From positions 2,528,001 to 2,592,000 of the forward strand of contig CM000208.1 of NCBI GenBank assembly GCA_000002445.1: 64,000 bases of DNA, given 5' to 3'. Origin of the DNA: Trypanosoma brucei (taxonomy: Eukaryota). A model generated the notes under the pieces. The model did no database searches. It saw nothing but the letters and a program-made list of their open reading frames with translations, and was not told the origin of the DNA. The position numbers were made by a program, and so were the translations under genes. Positions 38,223 through 49,582 of this stretch are shown here, piece by piece (position 1 is the stretch's first letter; each line of letters opens with the position of its first letter).

Positions 38223-39187
38223 ACGATTTGCCCGTTATGTGAAACCTCAGAATAAATGAAAACAACCGCGACGACACAGTGTGACACACACGGAAGAAAA
38301 CAAGGTGGGGCGCCCACAATAAAGGGACGTCAGAGAGACAAAGGGAAAAAGAGGTAAAGGGAGCAAGTCTTCCAAAACGTACGACGTTAGACACCGTCAC
38401 GCACCCCACACGTGGAACCACACAAACATTCCAGGGGAAAATAAAATACAGATACTTGAAAAACTGTCTTTCACGGTCAAAAATACTCAGCGATGCTGCT
38501 TCAGCGAAGTGAGTGTTGAACACCCAAATGAACCAAAACTGGGAACCTTGCGAAGCCAAAGAAAGCAGCTGATCTGACTGAGCAGGGGACCACATGGATC
38601 GAATCGAGGTATGCAATAATTTCCCTCATCTCACCCAAACAGTAGGCAAACCCTCGGCCATGATCAGGTTGGCGGGGCCCAAATCCCTCGCCGACTGAGT
38701 GTGGAAAGACGCATACGAAGACATTCTTGCTATAACTGTCACCACCAACCCACATTTAATGCATGCAAAGCCACCGATGCATTACATAACAGCAACCTAA
38801 CACGACCGCGCACCAAACCCGCCTGTATGGATAAGAGACCTCAGGTCTGCTGTCACGGTATAATCCTCCCTCCATCTCCGGGGTCGCTATGCATGCCACG
38901 CAAACGATAAAACCAACAGCAAAAATTGGAACGATACGAAATACGAGTAGTTGCGAAGACGATAACGATGAGTTTCGACAGCGAATCAAATGAAACACAG
39001 AGCTAGAGGCATTAATCCCCACCAAAAAAATAGGTGAAATTTTTTGGCGCATGCCCAGCTATGCGGTCCACAAAAAAAAAAATCTCCCTCCCCCCTCAAG
39101 CGCACTGCCGCCGTTTCCCTGCAACACAGATGATGAGCAGAGGCCAAAACCCCGCATGCTTTTGCTTGTGCGTCCGCATACAAACAT

Positions 39188-40891
39188 TTACACAACAAGG
39201 TCGTTCGTTGAATATTCCACAATGACATAATGCAGGTCCCGTGCATTTCCCTCTCTCATGCGCCTGAATGCCTCCTCGCTATCCAGAAAGGTCTCCCCTG
39301 ACAGCGTACAAAAGTACTGTGTCGAGGAGAAGAACGAGGGACATGCTTCAAGATCCTGCCTTGACCGAGGAAACATAGGAGTGGGCGCACTCGTCTCACT
39401 TGTGTCAACCACTGGCACCCCCGCACCTGAAGAATCGATTATTACCGGTGCAAGAAGACGGAAGGAAACCACATCGAAAGTTGCGTGTGCCACAAAAGAC
39501 ACAACTCTCCATGATTCGCGTAATGCCTGGAATACTGAAAGACTGGAAGGGAAATAACAACTAACAACGGCGCCGCCACCTTTCATCTGGGGTGAAATCC
39601 CAATCCGCACCCCTTTGCATTGCCCACTATCCTTGTTTCCATACGCACCAACCAGCACCTCCCGTAGAGCGTCACAACCCGCCCCGCGGAGAGTTGATAC
39701 ATCTTGACTGATCGTAATCTCTAGCATGAGCGAGCCCTTTTGCTGCACCCCTTCGACCTCGTGGCCCCCCTCGACAGGTCTTTCTCCCTTCGGTTTCCCC
39801 CACTTCAGCACATTCCGCAGCCACGGCAACAACTGAGATCCCGTCCGCCGCTCCGAGAGGTAATGCCATCCATCAAACTCAGGGCGACTGAACCGAAGCG
39901 CCGCAGCAAACATGGAGAAGAGTGGTGCAGCGCTCAACCACAAAGTACGGACGGCACTTGAGCAAGAACCTCCGCTCGGATAATGAGATGTACACGGTTT
40001 GAAATGCTTCCCATGATCAAGACACTCAGTCCTCTGTGTAGAAAAGGTGTCGGGGGTCACAGAGAAGTGATGACGAAGTGCTTCGCTCACGCCACTGAGG
40101 CCGTGCGCCGTCCCCGGACACGCAAAAGCCTCCTCCGAAAGAGTGGAAGCAACCTTCCCGTGTACGTCATGCTCAAGAACTTCCACACGGCTACCGTCGA
40201 CAGTGTAACCTATACAATGACATTCATGGAATGCACGACCCCTTGACGCGTCCACGGCCCGCCTTGCGCTCCAAAACGGGTCGAGGGCCCCGCCATCTAC
40301 AGCTATTGCTGAATGATAAACGACACAAGGAATGCGTTCCAGTTCATCGAAAGCAGCGAGAACCTCGCGCCGGACAACTGACGCCACATTACCGGCAGTT
40401 AGCTCCGTCGCCTCATGGTAGAACACAACAGGAGCGTCCACAAGCTCTACCTCATCGGTACTAACCAGCGGCGATAGGCAGTGCTGCAGCTGTCCCCTCA
40501 ATTTCCTGGGAAAATTGACTAGAACCAGCTTGGGCTTAAAGTTGGTTTTCGCTCCTGTTGCACCCAGCGTCGTGTTCTCACCCCCGTTCAATAGCCGTCG
40601 ACCCTCCCCGCCCCACAAAAGCTGTGGTGAGCCTCTGCTGCTGCTGCGCCATGCGGAATAGATGGTGAAGGCACCCATACACAAAATGCCCATCCCAACA
40701 ACGAACGACTCCTCTCGGCCAGTCGATGAGCCGCCCTCAGTACTCAATGGGGTTTCATCATCGACAACTGGAGGGGTGGCGACGCCGCTGGCTTTAGTGG
40801 TAGATGGAGTGGCAGGGCCCGCGACACCGCTACTGGTCCCAGTAGCGGTAGACGGTGTAACACGAACCCGATCCAGGTCCCTGAGTCCCAT
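39188..40891 (-). CDS. type II membrane protein with Thr/Pro-rich (mucin-like) stalk and ~430-aa lumenal domain of unknown function
   Basis: First ATG at 'cat' 40889-40891 (MGLRDLDRVRVTPSTATGTSSGVAGPATPSTTKASGVATPPVVDDETPLST), followed by signal-anchor FVVGMGILCMGAFTIYSAW. The 77-codon track extension before it is Cys/Phe-rich junk. Confidence 0.55.
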   Translation of the reverse strand: MGLRDLDRVRVTPSTATGTSSGVAGPATPSTTKASGVATPPVVDDETPLSTEGGSSTGREESFVVGMGILCMGAFTIYSAWRSSSRGSPQLLWGGEGRRLLNGGENTTLGATGAKTNFKPKLVLVNFPRKLRGQLQHCLSPLVSTDEVELVDAPVVFYHEATELTAGNVASVVRREVLAAFDELERIPCVVYHSAIAVDGGALDPFWSARRAVDASRGRAFHECHCIGYTVDGSRVEVLEHDVHGKVASTLSEEAFACPGTAHGLSGVSEALRHHFSVTPDTFSTQRTECLDHGKHFKPCTSHYPSGGSCSSAVRTLWLSAAPLFSMFAAALRFSRPEFDGWHYLSERRTGSQLLPWLRNVLKWGKPKGERPVEGGHEVEGVQQKGSLMLEITISQDVSTLRGAGCDALREVLVGAYGNKDSGQCKGVRIGISPQMKGGGAVVSCYFPSSLSVFQALRESWRVVSFVAHATFDVVSFRLLAPVIIDSSGAGVPVVDTSETSAPTPMFPRSRQDLEACPSFFSSTQYFCTLSGETFLDSEEAFRRMREGNARDLHYVIVEYSTNDLVV

Positions 40892-41263
40892 AAGCTTGCA
40901 ACACCTCACTGAATGGTAGGCACAGTCACACACGGGAAGCGCAGAAATAGATCGGGAAAGGGGAGCAGCAGGAGGCAAAGAACAAACACAAAAATGAAAG
41001 AAACAGCCAAAAAGGGATGAGGAAAGGAAATGGCGTGAAAACACAAATCCACACAGGCGGTAAACATAATCATCACAACATTTGAAATGTAAAAAAAAGT
41101 ATTGGTAGTTGTACAGTTTCATCCAACTTGCTTTGTATATTGCCGCGCCGTATTCACATAAAAACTTTTCTTTCCTTGCAATAGTTAATCAATGGCTGTT
41201 GTGCACTGAATTTGGAACGTGAAAAGAAATTTTACAACCCCTATAAACTACACCTCCCCCTCC

Positions 41264-44200
41264 CTAGTACAGAACGTCACCATCGCCGTCCTCACTAGCA
41301 TTGTCCTCCACGTCAAGCTCATCGAAATCATCGTCATCGTCGTCGTAATCGTCATCATCATCCTCGTCATCATCCTCGTCATCGTTGTCCCCGCTAGCAC
41401 TCGATTCACAGTCTTCGCCAACATCTCCAGCCACAACCTGGTCGTCATCGTCGTCATCGTCGTCGTCATCGTCGTCATTGGACGATTCATCATCACTGAT
41501 TACTCCGTGAAGCGTTGAACCGCTGACTGCCGGCGGAGCATCACCTAACCGCGGTTGCAGACTAAGTGTACGAAGCACCTCCGCCCGAAGCTCAGCCAGC
41601 GACACGTTGAACGAACAGGACTTTTCACGATTCATGCCCTTCTGATCTGTACGTCGCTCCTTCCGCGTCGCAAGAGCGTACGAACCTCCAAAATTTGCAA
41701 TTATATGTGTCTGAATACCATCGGATGAGCCAGCTGTTGCAAGAATAAGCCATGCTCGCTCAACTAGAGCCCTGTAGCCCGAGGAGCTGTCACTGAAGTT
41801 TGTCGAGAGAAGTCCAACACCACGGGCAAGCCGAGCCCCCATGTTCTCGAAATGACGAGTGCCGTAGGAAACTTCCCTCAGGGTAGTTCCACTAACGCCC
41901 TCAAACGCATTGGCCTTCGATTGCTGTCGCTGGTCGTGGTAATCCCCAGGTTTCATCAATCCTCGCATGTTACAACCGGGTAAGCCCTCAATGGCATCGT
42001 CCAACCCTCCCATCATCGTTGCCTCCAGAGTGTAGCTCATGCGTATCCCAAACTGGCGATACATCACTACCCTCCCTGTGTGTCGTTTACTCTTCTGCAC
42101 CGCGAAAGAGCACTGCGGCAGGGAGAAAGCTGCGGAAAGCTGACTCAGCAAAATGGGTAGCAACTTCTCAGGGGTGACTGAATCTGCAGCCGGAGACGCA
42201 GTGGAATTTAGAGACTGCTTGCGATTATTGGACGAAGGGATCGAATAAGCCGACCCCACAGTACCAGGGATTGACGCAGGCAATTTCACAGCGGGCCTCT
42301 TCTTAGACGTTGCGACCGAGCGCATGCAACCGTACATCAAGAAATTTTTTGAACGCGAGTGACCATGAAGATCCACAAATAGTGGTACGCGGCGCTGCTC
42401 CTTCTCAATAATGTGCCGCGCAATTTGCTTCAACGAATACACTACTGGGTTGGTCGCTGGATTTGGATTCGCGTAGTCACGGTTAAGGTCGGCACCGCCA
42501 ATTGAGCAGCGGTGATTTCCCAGAACGACACCATCAGGATTCAGCATGGGGATAACCTTCCACACATATCGGTTACGAAGGGCATGAGAATTATCTCGAT
42601 TAGACAACAGGAAAGACATAAGACCGCGAAGGACCCAACTGGAGTTGCTCTCCCCTGGATGAACACGGGCTGTAACAAGTAGAACAGGACGTTCCTTTAT
42701 GGGTCTGAACTCCTCTGGATCCATATTGCTCGAACCGAGCTTCCTCTCCCTCGGCGTTTCCGCCACCTCTGTGTGAATAGCACTACTGTCGTCCTCAACG
42801 CCAACATTGCCACGGATGTCACTTGCTGTCAGCGTCAAAATGGGCACGGGAAGTCCACCAGGAGTGCAACACAGCTCCTGCACCGCAAACAGAAGGGAAG
42901 GACCAAACACCGCGCTTGCTTGAAGCTTCCACCGCTCAACGTCGGACAGTAGGTTCGAGTAGGTGTACGGGTAACAGTTTGCGATAAACACGCATCCCTT
43001 CCTCTCAGGAAACTGGATACTGAAACTGAGCGTATAGCAATGTGACGGTTCCTCCTTCCGTTGTGACGAGCGTTTCTTGTTCGTTGCCTTCTTTTTCTTT
43101 GGTCTATCAGAGCTCTGCTGTTTATTACTATTCTTTGGTCCCTCGCCCTCCTCCACCGACGGTGCAGGGGAGTTGTCGACAGCAGGAGTCGTGGTGGAGC
43201 GGGCCGGCCGCTGATAACTGTTCCTGTAGTAAAAGATGTCGTGCCCGCAGTGCTTCCATTGTGGAGCTTGCGATGCCGCCCCCATAGAACCTGATGACTC
43301 AAAGAACAACATAAGGGGTTGTTGCCCTTCATTGAAAGTTGAACTGGATTTCTCCATGTTGAGAATGTTAAAATGGTACGTCGCCCCAGGTGCGTAATCC
43401 TCCACACTGAAGCAGAACCACTGAACATGACAATTTGTATTAGTATCTGGGCTTAACACAAGATCGTACTCCATGTCATCGACAGCGATCGCGCGCTGCA
43501 GGTTACCGCTCTCAAAATTGGACCTAAACTTTAAAACGCCTTTGAAATCCCCGGACGGAAGCGGCGGAGGGAACCTCAGCGAACTCTCTAACCTCTTCGC
43601 CTCCCTGTCACACATATTAAATACATCCTGCGGTTGTGACGCCACGGTCAACGGTGGCCTCTCGTAGACAACACAATCAGAAAATCGCGGACACATGCTC
43701 AAACGCCCTATTAGTCGTTTCATCACTCGTACTCGCGTCTCCAAAGATGGCTGAAGAAGCAGCTTCGGCTGTTCATCGAGGGAAAGGGAGTAATCGCTGC
43801 TCAACACGGGGTGATCCGCTGCCGGACGATCCGATGAGACAAATTCTTGACATAATGGTATGCCTTCGTCAAAAAAATCCCAGGGCAACCCATTTGGGGC
43901 GGTAAATGTAGACGGAATATGTGCTGCTCCAGCCATCGCCGAAGCATTTGCAGGCGGGAGCAGAGACATATATCCCCTGGCACACCTGTCAACGCGCAAC
44001 TCTGGAGAAAAGAAACTAGGTTCCGCGTCCACCAGAGGGGGCGCGTGCACTTCGGTCGCAACCTTCGCGCCCGGAGGGAGATGAATATGCGACAGGGAAT
44101 CCTCCTGTTCCCCCCGTGCCTTCCGCTGATGCTGAGGGAGCAAAGGCAGGGTAGGAACAACACGCACTGTGGAAGAGACTTGCTCAACACATTGCAGCAC

Positions 44201-45976
44201 ACTTAACTCGCCAGGAAGAGTAACGATGCCAAAAAGTTTGTAAAATGCCAAGAACAGCTTGTGCCAATGTGTTGCGGGGTGCTTCATGGCCTCAGAAGCG
44301 GCCACAGCCCCAGACACAAGCGAAGAGAGAGCCCCTGACTCATCATGCAACTGTTCATTGCAGCCAGCATCCATTTCAGTCACAACATGCAAAACGTCAA
44401 GAGCCGAAAGCATAAGATCTCCATTTTCTGCATGTAGTGTGCTGAACGCAATTAGAAGATCGACAACGCGCTGTTGCCGAGCCACCTCTAGTCCCCGTTT
44501 GCTGCGCTTCATATTGCAACAAAGTCTAGAAAGCAGCTCTACTGACCATAAGCCAAGTGCTTCTATGCACCTGTCAAGGGGAGTGTGAACCGTACGTTGC
44601 GAGGCAGGGGATTGAACGAGATGACTTTGCACCATTCTCCCAACCTGAATGGAAAGTGTAACGCCTTGCAAACACATGGATTCGGCAATCGAAGAACACG
44701 CTGACAATTGATAAAATGCAACAAACATATGCAACAGAGCATCGGAAATATTCTTGACGCACCCGACTGCGGCCATGCGCTGGTGGTAATTAACGCTAGG
44801 GAGGGAAGTGACACTATGAGAAGCGATAGAATCCTCGCCGGAGATATCCATGTTTGTCAACATCTTCTGAATTGTTGCAAAGAGTTGCCTTGACGCGCGC
44901 AAAAGTAGAGACAGAAGCCTTAAACGCCGCACCGCGCTAAGCACCTTTCCACTCACCGTCCCACATAACCCCATCAGTAGCGCCACCGCCTCATATACGC
45001 GCACGGGCCCCAGCGAACGCAAGGGTATGGTATGAAACACTAAATTTTGCACCTCCTGCCCTCCAGACTCGCTGTCACAGTAATCATCATCAGCCAAGTT
45101 ACGCGAATCCTTACGTGGATTGTCCCAGCGGACCTTGAGTGCGTCCGTGAATGCGGGATCGTACACCTTAAGAATAGAGTCGCACAACCTGGGAAGCTGC
45201 AGCCGAGCACACAAACGCACAACGCGTTTGCGGCGCCGCGAAGGCAGCGAACGAAGCAAATTGAAAACCAAAGTTAATGCACTACATGCGGCGTTCTCGT
45301 CTGAAAGGACCAGTTCAGAGTCCAACACATCCATCAAGATGCGCCATGAAGAGTTCTTCTTGTTGCACAATGCTTGCCAACCATTCTTCACAACTCGGGG
45401 TCGCCCGTTTGAATGCAGTGCGCCCCCGGAAAAGAACCACTGATGCAACTCATATATGTGACTGTAGAGACTAAGTCCAGCCGTCACAGACAGACTACCA
45501 AATCCACCACCAAAACTGGACGCGGCGACGTTCCCACTCTCACTTAGCAATTTTCCACTAAAGGAGGTGCACGCAACACGCATCTGGCGTAAATACATAC
45601 TGACTACCGAGTTTCCCCTGCTAGAAACCGACCGAACAGCTGCGGCAACGGAGCGCCCGTTGTCGAGGCCCGCAGCAGTAATTTGCCCGGGAGAATACAT
45701 CATCTTGACAGGCGCTATCCACAACACGGGTGGAAAAGGGTCCCGAAGAGTTGGTTGTTGCCCAACATCTCCATTACTTTTGGCGACGTGTTTCGTAGAG
45801 TGCTTCGACATCGCCGCCTTACTTCCTCCCCTCACCGGGGACCGCCTCGAGCACGAGGTCGCCATGGTGCCGTTGGCTTTGCAGGGTTCGAGAAGTGCAC
45901 CTGTTGACGAGCGGCCTCTTCCGCAGCCTTCTCCGCATTTGACTTCCTTCTTCTCGCGCTTGCAAACCCTTGCCAT
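41264..45976 (-). CDS. cytosolic carboxypeptidase (M14 family, Nna1/CCP1-like; tubulin deglutamylase-type) with poly-acidic C-terminal tail
   Basis: FESGNL N-domain motif. Zn-carboxypeptidase blocks ARVHPGESNSSWVLRGLMSFL, MLNPDGVVLGNHRCSIGGADLNRDY and FVDLHGHS. Long N-terminal region as in Nna1. First ATG at 'cat' 45974-45976; the track start at 46000 is GTG, so the true start is uncertain. Confidence 0.85.
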   Translation of the reverse strand: MARVCKREKKEVKCGEGCGRGRSSTGALLEPCKANGTMATSCSRRSPVRGGSKAAMSKHSTKHVAKSNGDVGQQPTLRDPFPPVLWIAPVKMMYSPGQITAAGLDNGRSVAAAVRSVSSRGNSVVSMYLRQMRVACTSFSGKLLSESGNVAASSFGGGFGSLSVTAGLSLYSHIYELHQWFFSGGALHSNGRPRVVKNGWQALCNKKNSSWRILMDVLDSELVLSDENAACSALTLVFNLLRSLPSRRRKRVVRLCARLQLPRLCDSILKVYDPAFTDALKVRWDNPRKDSRNLADDDYCDSESGGQEVQNLVFHTIPLRSLGPVRVYEAVALLMGLCGTVSGKVLSAVRRLRLLSLLLRASRQLFATIQKMLTNMDISGEDSIASHSVTSLPSVNYHQRMAAVGCVKNISDALLHMFVAFYQLSACSSIAESMCLQGVTLSIQVGRMVQSHLVQSPASQRTVHTPLDRCIEALGLWSVELLSRLCCNMKRSKRGLEVARQQRVVDLLIAFSTLHAENGDLMLSALDVLHVVTEMDAGCNEQLHDESGALSSLVSGAVAASEAMKHPATHWHKLFLAFYKLFGIVTLPGELSVLQCVEQVSSTVRVVPTLPLLPQHQRKARGEQEDSLSHIHLPPGAKVATEVHAPPLVDAEPSFFSPELRVDRCARGYMSLLPPANASAMAGAAHIPSTFTAPNGLPWDFFDEGIPLCQEFVSSDRPAADHPVLSSDYSLSLDEQPKLLLQPSLETRVRVMKRLIGRLSMCPRFSDCVVYERPPLTVASQPQDVFNMCDREAKRLESSLRFPPPLPSGDFKGVLKFRSNFESGNLQRAIAVDDMEYDLVLSPDTNTNCHVQWFCFSVEDYAPGATYHFNILNMEKSSSTFNEGQQPLMLFFESSGSMGAASQAPQWKHCGHDIFYYRNSYQRPARSTTTPAVDNSPAPSVEEGEGPKNSNKQQSSDRPKKKKATNKKRSSQRKEEPSHCYTLSFSIQFPERKGCVFIANCYPYTYSNLLSDVERWKLQASAVFGPSLLFAVQELCCTPGGLPVPILTLTASDIRGNVGVEDDSSAIHTEVAETPRERKLGSSNMDPEEFRPIKERPVLLVTARVHPGESNSSWVLRGLMSFLLSNRDNSHALRNRYVWKVIPMLNPDGVVLGNHRCSIGGADLNRDYANPNPATNPVVYSLKQIARHIIEKEQRRVPLFVDLHGHSRSKNFLMYGCMRSVATSKKRPAVKLPASIPGTVGSAYSIPSSNNRKQSLNSTASPAADSVTPEKLLPILLSQLSAAFSLPQCSFAVQKSKRHTGRVVMYRQFGIRMSYTLEATMMGGLDDAIEGLPGCNMRGLMKPGDYHDQRQQSKANAFEGVSGTTLREVSYGTRHFENMGARLARGVGLLSTNFSDSSSGYRALVERAWLILATAGSSDGIQTHIIANFGGSYALATRKERRTDQKGMNREKSCSFNVSLAELRAEVLRTLSLQPRLGDAPPAVSGSTLHGVISDDESSNDDDDDDDDDDDDQVVAGDVGEDCESSASGDNDDEDDDEDDDDDYDDDDDDFDELDVEDNASEDGDGDVLY
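41300..41495. repeat. imperfect (GAY)n codon repeat encoding the poly-Asp/Glu tail
   Basis: Plus strand atcgtcatcgtcgtcgtaatcgtcatcatcatcctcgtcatc... The antisense reading gives the spurious poly-Ile/Val ORF at 41219..41518. Confidence 0.9.
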
Positions 45977-47725
45977 TACGAGAGCAATTTTTGCTAACAC
46001 GTGGAATATGTAAGTTCGCTTTCCCTTTGCCCGTTAGTTACTCTATAAGTTCTCTAAAGGCCGGAAAACGGGGATTACCTCCCCTCTACGTCCCTCAACT
46101 GCGGTCGTACAAGGGGTTAAGCGACCACTCACCGCTAGCGAAGGTGAAGGCATGTCAAAGAAAAAAGTTTCAACGGCAATCATGAGGGAAGTTGGGAGAG
46201 GAGTGCGGCATCAGACAGCAGATTGAAAAGTGAAGGTGCGTACACCTCGCAACGGTTTAAATACCATGAAAAGGGCAACGCACCAGTGATAGCGGCTTAC
46301 AAATCCTGGGCACGGCACCAAAGTTCTCGAAAACAATAAAAAGTGATACGAGACATGATTGTCTTCACCAGTGATTAACTGCTGTGCAGAAGAGACCCCA
46401 TATTCCACTTTAAGAACGACAAATTGTGGTGCGGGTTGCTGCATCTAAAAAGAATAATGGCGGCAGAATGTTCCCACAACCCGGCACAACTCTATTGACA
46501 CAAGCAAACTCACAACATCAAAACAACAGAGTGCAGCCAAATCAGAAGGAACTGCTTACAAAAAAGATTGTACCCATATCAACATTGTGCGAATCACTCG
46601 AGTAGTCCACACGGATATGAGGGAAGAGGGGAAAAGTCGCAGAGCACACAAATGGCGACCCATCCGCGGCCTCACTTCCTGAACAACCGTGTTGTACGCC
46701 TTTTCTGGGAAAGAATGTTGAGGTCACAGGCAACTGGAGAAGTCGGCTGCACATACCCGTGTTTGTGCTTAGAAATATTACCACATGTGTCTGCCTCACG
46801 TTGCATGTAACCAAACACAAGCAGACATATACATATCACTCACGTTAAGTAACGGATTGCAGTCCTCTCTCTTCTTCCCCACTGAGCAGCCAACCACAAA
46901 AAACAACCCCAACAAGCGGTTTTTTGGTTTCCCTCTCCAGCAATGCCCGCTGGTGCTCTCCCGCCTCAATGGCAGCAGGTTACATACGATAAACTTAAGG
47001 CGATGGCTTCAGACTACAGCATGAAACGCCTCAGATACGCATCCAACAGGATAATAGAGTTCGTCTGAAGGACTACAGGGCAAAGGGAAGACAAGGCAGA
47101 AGCGGCAATGATGTTGTACTAAGGCGCGCGTCACGTAAAAGAGAAGAGTGATGATAAATGTGAGAGATGTACAAGGAATATATAAGAAATGAGTGTTGTA
47201 AGCATCCTTCTCGAGCATTGACAAGGAACCAACCCCCAGTGCTTGCCCTCCGCTATTGTAAACAAGGGAGCTACCGTGGGAAAAAGAAGGACACCTCGAT
47301 AAAATAAACAAAACGAATAAAGAGCAGGAGCACTTTTCGCTCTCGTGGAAAGAGAGTCGGCCAACCAACCCACGCATAAAACCCTCCTTCCTGTGGTAAA
47401 GGAGAAAGGGAACGAGGCGAGGCGAGGAAGTGTAAACAAACAAGAGAAAAAAAAATAGTATGCGAGAGGGAGAGAAAACAAAAAAATATATTTTATATAA
47501 ATAAAACTAGCAAAAGAGGGAAATAAAAACAATCCTCGTCAAGTAAATTAAGAACGACACGGCGTTAAACCAAAAAGTAAAGAAACAGTAACGACGTACA
47601 AGAAATGCTGTAGTCGAAAGGAGAGAGAGGATGATAAAATAAATAAGGATGGGCGTAAGAATCGACACGAATGCATTAATACAAACAGTCAAATAACCAT
47701 CTGGCAAACGAGTTGATGGTTGCAT

Positions 47726-49582
47726 TCAGTGCACTGTGTTAACGTACGGTGCGCGGGGAAGATGGCACGAAGAGATGGCACCGGTATTTCTCAGTTCATG
47801 CTCATCAGGGTGTAATTGGGGTCTTGGGCGGGACCTTGACTGACTCTCAAGGAACCTGCGCAGCAGCATTAACAGGGTCACTGAAGGAAGGACGTACACC
47901 AGCGGTTGCCACCAGCATCGATGCCTCAGAAAACACAAAAGATTGAACCAACTGCACTGTTGGCACTGCGACTCCCCCTTTGCCTCCTCACTGTACCGTC
48001 CATTTTCAAAGGTGCTGCCACCTTGAGAGCCATTGCTTGGTTTGAGCGCTTTAACACCGAACGAAATAGCGCGGGTGTCCACAACGTCGCCCCTGGCGTT
48101 TCTCAGCGTTGCATTGCATTTGGCCTCTCCCTCAATACTGTCCTGTACGATCAGAGTGAAACGTCGCTGCGCTGATCCTTGTAGGGGTATGTACACAGTT
48201 TGGGCAACCATCGGCTGAACATTAACCGTACACTCGCCGACAACAACCGTGTACTGTGCCTCGATGTCCCCAGTGTTAAGAACCGTCACGGTAATGGTGC
48301 TTCCCCGCGAATAGGAATGCACCACCTTCCCTGAAACGGTTGCACCAACAATCACACCCGAGGACACAGACAACACAAAGTTTAACTTATCAGCGGATAT
48401 TGTTATCGTCACCATCGTTGATAATGTTCCTGTCACCTGGTAAGCCACAGCTGGGGCACTGGCATTGGCCAGTGGGTCAAAACCAAAAGGAGCGAAAAAG
48501 CGAGCCATATATTTCCCTTGTTGCCCCTTAGTCTCCGCTTCCAAGTCCCGATCACGATAATCCTCCAGTTGATTCGCCAAGCAAGCGCCCGGATACGCGT
48601 CACACCGGCTCCCCTGAGTGGCGAAACCCTCATATGACACGCCCACTTTATTACATTCGGTGCCACGAATAGAAACAAGGTGGGTGTCAACAATAATCCA
48701 TTCGTTATACCCAGCACCCACTCGCTCATGACCCCGCGGTTCAGAGGGGATAAACAACATCTTTCCCGATAGGTCAAGAGGCATTTCTGGGGGTGCGAAG
48801 TCTCCTATAAGACGTGCAGACGCGCCGAACTCTGTCGACGTGGCGGTCAACTTATCCGGCCCCAAAGACATCGTGAACTCCTTTGAGCCCGTGGAGCCTC
48901 CCCCAGTGCTGTTGTTCCCACTTGACAATTTCACCTGCAATTCATACCATACAACACCTCGACCAATGGTATAGCCACCGTACCAGAGGTCACTGAAACG
49001 AAGGCATGATGCCATTCCAGTATCCCCCGTCACGCTGCAAGTTCCAACGCTGCGGCTAGTTGGGTTGCAAATTCCTGACAATGCACAAGCGCCACATAAG
49101 CAGCAAAAACCTTGACTGTACGGAATCACATCTCCTCTCCGATCACGCGCCACGCCGCATGTCGCGGATCCAGGGTTGGAAGAATCGTCGCACCAACTGC
49201 TTGCACTTGTTCTGAGACGCTGCTCATATGGTTTGGCATTGAAGTTTCTTATGTAATAAATAGGATAGCGGTACTGCACCGGTGATTTTGTCGTCACTAG
49301 GCGGATTGGTTCAAACTCGACACGCTTTCCCTTTTCGTCACCCGTTTTGTCAACTGCCTCGCGGAGAAGAACAACCTCTTCAGCCTCAATTGTTTGCTCG
49401 CTGCCCACGGAGAGCCCCACAACCATCTTCTTTTCACATGGAAACGGTTCCCCATTACTACTGCGCTCGCAGTACTCGATGGACGACGAGGCCACAAATG
49501 CCGCCTCAGTGCAGGGGAAAAGGCCGCTTGTCGTCACAAGGACGACGAGCACAAAAACAGATGATAACGTCTCCGTCGGCAT
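47726..49582 (-). CDS. HAP2: HAP2/GCS1-like gamete fusion protein (signal peptide, Cys-rich ectodomain, C-terminal TM plus basic tail)
   Basis: ATG verified. N-terminal signal peptide MPTETLSSVFVLVVLVTTSGLFPCTEA. YSQGFCCLCGACALSGICNP matches my recollection of the HAP2-GCS1 signature region. C-terminal hydrophobic segment then RHRCWW...RRFLESQSRSRPRPQLHPDEHELR. Confidence 0.6.
   Translation of the reverse strand: MPTETLSSVFVLVVLVTTSGLFPCTEAAFVASSSIEYCERSSNGEPFPCEKKMVVGLSVGSEQTIEAEEVVLLREAVDKTGDEKGKRVEFEPIRLVTTKSPVQYRYPIYYIRNFNAKPYEQRLRTSASSWCDDSSNPGSATCGVARDRRGDVIPYSQGFCCLCGACALSGICNPTSRSVGTCSVTGDTGMASCLRFSDLWYGGYTIGRGVVWYELQVKLSSGNNSTGGGSTGSKEFTMSLGPDKLTATSTEFGASARLIGDFAPPEMPLDLSGKMLFIPSEPRGHERVGAGYNEWIIVDTHLVSIRGTECNKVGVSYEGFATQGSRCDAYPGACLANQLEDYRDRDLEAETKGQQGKYMARFFAPFGFDPLANASAPAVAYQVTGTLSTMVTITISADKLNFVLSVSSGVIVGATVSGKVVHSYSRGSTITVTVLNTGDIEAQYTVVVGECTVNVQPMVAQTVYIPLQGSAQRRFTLIVQDSIEGEAKCNATLRNARGDVVDTRAISFGVKALKPSNGSQGGSTFENGRYSEEAKGESQCQQCSWFNLLCFLRHRCWWQPLVYVLPSVTLLMLLRRFLESQSRSRPRPQLHPDEHELRNTGAISSCHLPRAPYVNTVH

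Noticed and set aside
41219-41518. 99-aa plus-strand ORF rich in Ile/Val
   Set aside because: It is the antisense reading of the (GAY)n codon repeat that encodes the carboxypeptidase acidic tail.
47009-47725. 144-aa, 133-aa and 72-aa minus-strand ORFs just downstream of HAP2
   Set aside because: They are Phe/Leu/Ser-rich readings of the T-rich (mRNA-strand) 3' flank that serves as a polyY region. They overlap each other in different frames.
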